Both the position numbers and the translations under genes were made by a program. From Eledone cirrhosa (Eukaryota): 64,000 nt of DNA. Shown piece by piece: positions 57,039-64,000 of the stretch. The notes under the pieces were generated by a model. It made no database searches. It saw only the letters and a list, made by a program, of their open reading frames with translations, and had not been told where the DNA came from. Numbering within the stretch: position 1 is the stretch's first letter; each line of letters starts with the position of its first letter. The stretch spans positions 323,950,001 to 324,014,000 of the forward strand of contig OZ024742.1 in NCBI GenBank assembly GCA_964016885.1, written 5' to 3'.

Positions 57039-57889
57039 CGAAAAAAAAGAAGGTGGTAGATTAAGAGTATATATGATGGAGGGAGGTAGTGTGTATGTAG
57101 TGGAGGAGAAAGAGGTAGTATATATGTTGTGAAGAGAATTTTAGTATGTGTGATGGAGAAAGAGAGGTAGAGAAAAAGAGAGAGAAAGGGGGAGATAGAT
57201 CCAGACTTGGAAAGTTATAGGAAGAACAGATGGGGTGGAAAAGGGGGAGTAAAAAAAAAAACAATTTGTATATCAACAAAAAGGTTATAGGAAAATGTTA
57301 AATGTTAAATATTGGAAACAGAATACAGTTTAATGAATGAAATAAGGAGGTTGGGGTTGGAAATGTGTGAGAGAGAAACTGAAAACGATTGAACATAGGG
57401 AGAAAGGAACTGGGGAAATTTGAACAAAAGGGGAAAGAAAGAGACACAGAGAGGGAGATAGAGAGAGAGAAACAAAGAAACTGAAGAATTATGAAAGAGC
57501 AGTCAAAACCCACCTCATATCATTTTGTTCCCACAAAAAAAAAAAAAAAAAAAAAAAAAGAAAATCAAACCATATTAATTTTTTTTGTTCAAAAAAAAGT
57601 TGAAGAACTCTACATGCTTTAGTAATAATCCACACAGGATGGTGTTCATCACATCAAAAGAATTGAAATGTTATATAAATTCAACACTAACAGATAATTG
57701 ACAGAAAATAGAAAAATAAACAACACTTTCTATTGATTATAATGAGGAACAGAAGGCTTTTCTTTAGAAGGGAATGTGCAAGGATATCTATATAGTTAGC
57801 TTGTTTGATTCCAGTTAAACCAGTTTTATACCAAACCGCCTGAAACCACCCCTGGTTCTATGATCAAAAGTGTTTGCTTTATAGTGTTT

Positions 57890-58163
57890 ATTATGAAGGC
57901 TTGAGAATTGGATTCATAATTGTGAGGTTGTGAGTTTGATTCCCGGACAGGATGATGTGTTGTGTCCTTGAGCAAGACACTTTATTTCACATTGCTCCAG
58001 TTCACTCAGCTATAAAAATGAGTTGCAATGTCACTGGTGCCAAGCTGTATTGGCCTTTGCCTTGGACAACACCAGTGGCGTGGAGAGGAGTGACTGGCAT
58101 GCATGGGTGACTGCTTTTCTTCTACAAAAATCACCTTACCCAGGCTTGTACCTCAGGGGTAAT
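57890..58163 (+). mobile_element. SINE with family A head and a different 3' body (related pieces at about 20640-20850, 30570-30790, 43670-43885, 49334-49432)
   Basis: Shared gtgttgtgtccttgagcaagacactttatttcacattgctccag segment. Confidence 0.8.
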
Positions 58164-58348
58164 GTTACCCTTTAAATAATGTTTATATTCATCTAAAGAT
58201 CTTCTATTGTAATTTTATGTAACAACCTTTGTTATGCTCCAAATACCAGCTTAATAACTAGAAAGTTAGTAATATTACTAAATTCCTCCAAATTCTTGAC
58301 TATTTTCAAAATGATTGGAAAATTATAGGCAGTGTCTTTCATTAGAAA

Positions 58349-58657
58349 TCATCATCATCATCATTTTACGTCCGCTTGCAAGGGTGGGACGGGAACTGAT
58401 GCTGGCTTGATTTCTACAGCTGGATGCCCTTCCTAACACCAACCTCATTTACAGTGAGTGCTGGGTGCTTTTTTGCCGTGGCACCTCGACGACCACTTTG
58501 CAGTCCCTATCATCTCATTTCTACAGTTGAGTAAACTGGAGCAATGTGAAATAAAGTGTCTTGCTCAAGGAAACAACACATCACCTGGTCTGAGAATTGA
58601 ACTCACAACCTTTCGATTGCAAGGCCAATGCTCTAACCACTAAACCATGTGCCTCCA
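58349..58657 (-). mobile_element. SINE family A copy nested in a TTAA MITE
   Basis: Matches 630-950 with an internal deletion. Confidence 0.9.
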
Positions 58658-59204
58658 TGCAGTTAAATATGGTTACAAAAGGGTTAATCTGAGTGTGTGT
58701 GTGTGTTTTAGTTTATTTATTTCGGTGAGAATACTTTTAACTGCCTGTAATGATTTAGCAGAAACTATTTTAAAACAGGTTTGTATGGTATCTTTATTAG
58801 TGAACAGTATGGTATGGTATCTTTATTAGTATGGTATCTTTATTAGTGAACAGACCATAGTGAATATCTGTAATATTAGAGTAAAAACTTGAATTGTTTA
58901 TGTGTTGCAGTTATTGGGCTGTTTTGTACTTTTAAAGAATGTCTTGCTAATGCAGTTTTATGTGGTACAGAACATTAAGAGTTAAGTATTGAGTTAAGAT
59001 TAATTAACTCTTAAAACCCTGTAATGATTTAGTAGAAAATATCTAAAAATGGGTATATTAATTCAAATGTTTATAGTATCTTTTCTACTAGACAGATCTT
59101 TGTGAAAATCTGCAGTATTAGAGTAAAGACTTCAATTTTTAATATGATGCAGTCATTGTGCCTTTCTGAACTTTTCAAGAACTTCTTGCTAATGACAGAC
59201 ATTG

Positions 59205-61020
59205 CTATTTTTTCTTTGCCCACTTATTCCTGGAAGGGACATGAAGGCAGAGTTCTCAAACATGCTTTCCAACAAGTTCTGTCAAAAGCAAATATCTCTA
59301 ATTGATTTGGTTGGATCCCCAAGTAAGACCAGCTGAGCACATGAATATTTATCCAACCATCTTGCTCAGGGTCTGCCCATGGGTCTCCTGAGACATTCTA
59401 ACCATATGCCTGTAGTACTGGAGTTGTGATCTCTCAATTTGGAGAAGTAGGGACTCTCTGATTTCCGAGTTACACACTATCAAGTAACATTACTCCAAAG
59501 GCTCTTTAAAGGAATTCCATTTCAGCCGTTTGTATTCATGATCATATTCTTTCAGTTATTACCCAAGATTCCTGACCATAGGTAAGGGTTGGCAGAAACA
59601 CTGAATTCAAGATATCGAGTTTGGCTTTTACACCTACCTCCCTTCTTCTGGTGACCAAATGCATTACTGCACCAGCCCCTGCAATTCTTACACTTAATTC
59701 AGCCGTCTGCCTTCCATCACACGTAAACATGGCCCCAGATACTTGAACTTCTCCACATGTTTCAGTGGATCTCCACTCACATGTAGAGTGCACTGCACAG
59801 GATTTCTTGAGAAGATGAGTGTTTTCAGCCTTTGAAGCACTGATTTTCATTCAAGCCATGCAGCACTCAGCATCAAATCTATCAAGTGCATGTTGGAGAT
59901 CACCTTCTGATGAGTTAAGTAATATCATGTCACCTGCAAATTCCAACCGATTGATCTTACACTTGCCAGTCATGACACCCCTTCTAACCTGGCTGCACAA
60001 TTCTGTTCATGAAGATTATGAGCAGGAGAGGTGACAATATGCACCTTTGACAGAGTTCAACTACCACATTAAATGGTTTCGATTTAGCACCATTTATCCG
60101 AACATAAATTCTAGGGCATTCATATAGAGAAATCAGGGCAATGAGAACCTGCTCATCCATTCCATACTCCTACAGAACGTTCCACAGCAGGTCCTGTGGA
60201 ATGCAGTTGTATGCCTTTTTGATGTCTACAAAACAAGTATACACCTCTTGGCAGTCCTCCAACGATTTCTCAAAGATCAACCGCAGTGTGGATATTTGGT
60301 CAGCTATGCTGCATCTGGAGTGAAAACCACACTGTTCATCAGCTAACGTGGACCTGACAATCTCCCTACATCTCTTTGCCAGGCACTTAGCATAGACTTT
60401 ACTGGAGAGGCTTAACAAGAAGATCCCTCTATAATTGGAGCAATATCTTTGGAGTCTCCCTTTTTGAAAATTGGGATTATCACTCTCGATTGCCATTGTT
60501 TAGGTGCCTTTCCAGAGATTCAGGCCACCTGTCACACATGAGTTAGCCTGAGAATACCTTGTCTATTTAAGGCTTTTAACATCTTGGGCAGAATTTCATG
60601 CTCCCCAGTGGTCTTGGATCATTTGAGCTGTTTTATTGCTCTAGTGACCTCAACCTCTGAGAGATTAGTCATCGTTCCCAGATGTACCTCCTGTACATCA
60701 GAAGATACTGTTGTGACCAGGTTTAGGGGATCAGCAAAGTATTCTCTCCCCTTCAAGTGAATGCATCTCTCTATAGCGAGGGGAACCCAGGCATGTTCCT
60801 GATAGCAGGTATGAAAGAAGACTTCTTATTAACTTTGGATGCCTTTACTGTCTGCTGCAACTTTTCACACCTACTTGTACCACACATGCAAGGAGGACAT
60901 ATTTCCAAGCCAAGCTTTGTAGGCCTCCCCCTTTGCTCAGATTGCATCTTTGACCTCTTGATTGAAATTTGGGGTCCTCTTGCTACCTGGCACCAGACCA
61001 GAGAGATTACATGCTGCAAA
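59205..61020 (-). mobile_element. Degraded RTE/BovB-like LINE
   Basis: NYRGIFLLSLSSKVY, EQCGF, CFVDIKKAYN and LPTLTYGQESW occur in minus-strand ORFs, with frameshifts. Ends are approximate. Confidence 0.88.
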
Positions 61021-61756
61021 TTAGTATTAGTAATTTGTCAATGAAGATTCTCGCTAGTCTCCATGGACTCTAAATTTACTGTTTTTGTCTTTTTCTTCTA
61101 TACATTTCATAACCTTTTTAGTTTAATGGCTCTTTTTGCCTGGGTATATTTTTAAACATTTGTTACAGGCCTTGCATAATCAATGACGTCCATATGATTT
61201 ACATTTCCCTGAACAGTTCCTAGTCAATGATTACAGAAAAAAACATATACAAGTAGAGGATAACTATTCTTGCTACATGCCCTACCATGACGCCTCAGAA
61301 ATATTAATGCCCCCTTCCCTTCAATATTAAAACATAGCAACCACCAAAAAGTGAAGACATGCAAGCATAAAATAGCAATGTAAAATGGAAAATAATAATA
61401 ATATATGACAACAAAGATCTTGAATTTTCAGAAGCAGATACATAAAAAAAAAACTATTAAAGGATATTGCAAGAGAGAGAAAAAAAAGATGGAGCCATGA
61501 AGATCTTTAAAAAATTAAGGAAAAAAAAAATCTATTGATGATCAGAAACTGTCAAATTACTTTCTATAGTGACTAATTAGAGTTATAGTGTTGTTCTATA
61601 ACAGATTTCAAATGCCAGTTCCAGGGAGGCGGGTGGGGATGGAATGGTGACAGTAGTGAGGAGTGGTTAGGTGTTGTTTGTATATTTACTGAGTGATTTG
61701 TATGGATGTTTGTTTTGATCAATAAAATGGTTGGTGTTGAGAATGAAAGAATAAAT

Positions 61757-62068
61757 GGGTGCAGGCATGGCTATGTGGTTAAGGAGTTCGCTTCCCAACC
61801 ATGTGGTTTCAGGTTCGGTCCCATTGTGTGGAAACTTGGGCAAGTGTCTTCTGCTATAGCCTCAGATTGACCAATACTTTGGTAGTAAAATTTGGTAGAT
61901 GGAAACTGCAGAAGCCCGCTGAATATGTGTGTGTGTTTATGTCCTATAACTAAGCAGTTCAACAAAAATGAGATTGGTAAAATAAGTTCCAAACTTGAAA
62001 AAAATAAGTACTGTGGTCGATATGATTGACTAAATTACTTTAAGGTGGTGCCACAGCATAGTTACAGA
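61757..62068 (+). mobile_element. CORE-type SINE family C (others at about 7895-8040, 14218-14360, 35580-35680, 50525-50830, 53830-53985)
   Basis: tRNA head ggcatggctatgtggttaagg, CORE-like cttgggcaagtgtcttctgctatagcc. Confidence 0.8.
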
Positions 62069-62077
62069 CCATCTTGC

Positions 62078-62178
62078 CTGCTGCTGCTGTTTCTGCTAGA
62101 AGATGAGTGCCTCTTTCTTTGGCTGTCGCAGCCCAGATCAGACGCATTTCTACTGCTCCCTTGTTTTGTCTTGTTGAC
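62078..62178 (-). CDS. Weak candidate exon VNKTKQGSSRNASDLGCDSQRKRHSSSSRNSSS(R), phase-compatible with 49072-49156 through a GC donor
   Basis: GC-richer unique segment with AG/gcaag donor. The acceptor is weak and a second frame is also open. Confidence 0.2.
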
Positions 62179-63499
62179 CTACATGTGTCATACTAACAGA
62201 AATATTTTTTCTGTTGCATGAGCTAGCCTAAAATACATGATACTCCTTTACCACATGAAATCATGTGGCTAGTAGAGAATTTATGCTACTGTCTGCATGT
62301 TATTCAACCTTCCTTTTGGTGGATTGGCAGTATCGGTAGATAGTCTGACGCCATGCTTTGCAGCATAGAATTACGGTCCTTTATGGTCTGAGTTCAAATC
62401 CTGCCGAGGTTAACTTTGCCTTTCATCCTTACGGGGTTCATAAAAATAAAGTACCAGTAATGCACTGGGTAATGGCTGGCCTTGTGCCAAAAGTAGAAAT
62501 AATTATATATGTTCTATCCTTTTCATACCCTTTTTCTTCTCTCTCCCCTCCTTCCCTCAACTTTTCTTTCTCTCCTTTTCTGACAGCTCTTCTATTCATA
62601 AGGAGTTTGTTTGTTCACCCGATTCTTTATGCTATGATCATTTATAGTAGCTGGTTGTTTTACAGCAATTTCTGCAGTTAAGGTTCTTACACTTCTATGA
62701 AATTTAAAATAAAATTTATGAAAACAACACTTCTAATAACCTCAAAAATTAATATCAGATCAAAAGAATAGTTTATATATATATATATAAATATATATAT
62801 ATATAACCATACACCTATTAAAGAATATCTATTATCTATCATGTGTGTGTGTGTGTCTGTAGGGAAAGAAAGAATGAAAGAAGAGAGGAAGCGATACTAA
62901 ACTGGTACTAAATTAGAAACTATTATTAATTTAATTTTGTTTTTCTCTTTTCCATCCATATTAATGAAATAAATATTCCCAGATATTGGTGTATATCATG
63001 AACCTACGATCAATCGTTTTCTGGATTATTCCACTTTTAATATATACGCCATGAAATAACACAATAAAATTATCTATTTTGAAAATGCAAAGAAAAGAAC
63101 AAAAAAAAAACATGGAAAAAAAAAATTAATAGTTTAGGTTTTTGAAGGCTTGTTGCTATTTTATGATGCAATATTATAAGAGAACAGAGCCACATTATTT
63201 GAGGTGCTGAGTATTTTATACACAGACTGAACTTATCAATGAAATCAATGTTTCTTTTTTTTCTTTTCAGCTTGCCAAGTTGATAGTGAGTCAGGCTACT
63301 AGCCAAATGGTTGAAGGCTTGGAATCAGTTTTTGACAATCATCATTATCATCACCAACACCACTGCCATCACCACCACTTAGCATCCTGTGTAAACCTAA
63401 TGGTAAATGGTAGACAGGGTTGGTACTAATATTAGGTGAATAAGGTAGAGGTACATTATCGAACCTTAAAAGAGCATAGTTTTATACAAATTTGTATAT

Positions 63500-63829
63500 G
63501 GGTGATGTGTTGTTTCCTTGAGCAAGACACTTTATTTCACATTGCTCCAGTTTCCTCAGCTGTAGAAATGAGATGATAGGACTGGGGTCCCTATCATTCC
63601 ACTGCAAAGTGGTTGTGGAGGGCCACAGCAAAAAAAAAAAAAAAAAAAAGCCCGCAGCCCACACTGTAAAGTGGACGTGTAGGCGCCATGGAAAAAAGCA
63701 CCCAACACTCACTGTAAATGAGGTTGGTGTTAGGAAGGGCATTCAGCTGTAGAAATCAAGCCTGAATCAGTTCCCGTCCCACCCATGCAAGCAGGGAAAA
63801 GTGGACGTAAAATGATGATGATGATGATG
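63500..63829 (+). mobile_element. SINE family A copy, 5'-truncated, with internal duplication and poly-A
   Basis: Matches 8720-9003. Confidence 0.88.
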
Positions 63830-64000
63830 TATAGTTAAATTAGTTACATAACGTCTTGCAATCAATAAATAAATTACTAAATATCTTTGATGTGTAGCAG
63901 TGTTGTTGAAATATCTAATGCTGTGGAGAAGATTGTGTGTCTTATTACCTACCACACGATTTGGTGTGGGTGAGTGGGAAAATGCAGGTTTAGTAATTTT

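Larger units (their letters stand above)
57816..58687. mobile_element. TTAA piggyBac-type MITE split by two SINEs (family members at about 1743-1980, 10935-11175, 26205-26437, 42760-43038, 49648-49859, 54973-55201)
   Basis: ttaaacc.. / ..aaaagggttaa termini and a shared AT-rich body (caattaattttgaaaataa, attaagctggtgtttggaacata). Confidence 0.75.

Noticed and set aside
61757-61830. tRNA gene
   Set aside because: tRNA-derived SINE head that continues directly into a SINE body; no full cloverleaf.

Overview
AT-rich, repeat-dense animal genomic DNA. The SINE, LINE, MITE and microsatellite repertoire looks like an octopus or other coleoid cephalopod (inferred, not proven). Only one host coding exon is recognised with confidence: a 90-bp minus-strand exon of ArfGAP1 (1546-1635). 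I see none of the upstream ArfGAP1 exons, so most of the window may be one very large intron, or an assembly join. The rest consists of three tRNA-derived SINE families, RTE, CR1/Jockey and R4-like LINE fragments, a maT/Tc1-mariner remnant, a DUF659 hAT-like remnant, TTAA and TA MITEs, a probable non-autonomous Helitron, Penelope-like remnants and many micro/minisatellites. Most listed ORFs are spurious. The most interesting signal is a set of type I hammerhead ribozyme motifs. Four loci with different stem II sequences (13.9, 20.1, 36.9/38.5 and 53.7 kb) share a UAURUAU (near-)palindromic stem III and a long stem II with a C-C mismatch at the fourth pair. One pair sits at the tips of a 1.8-kb element with ~540-bp inverted arms. 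Activity and novelty cannot be confirmed from sequence alone.
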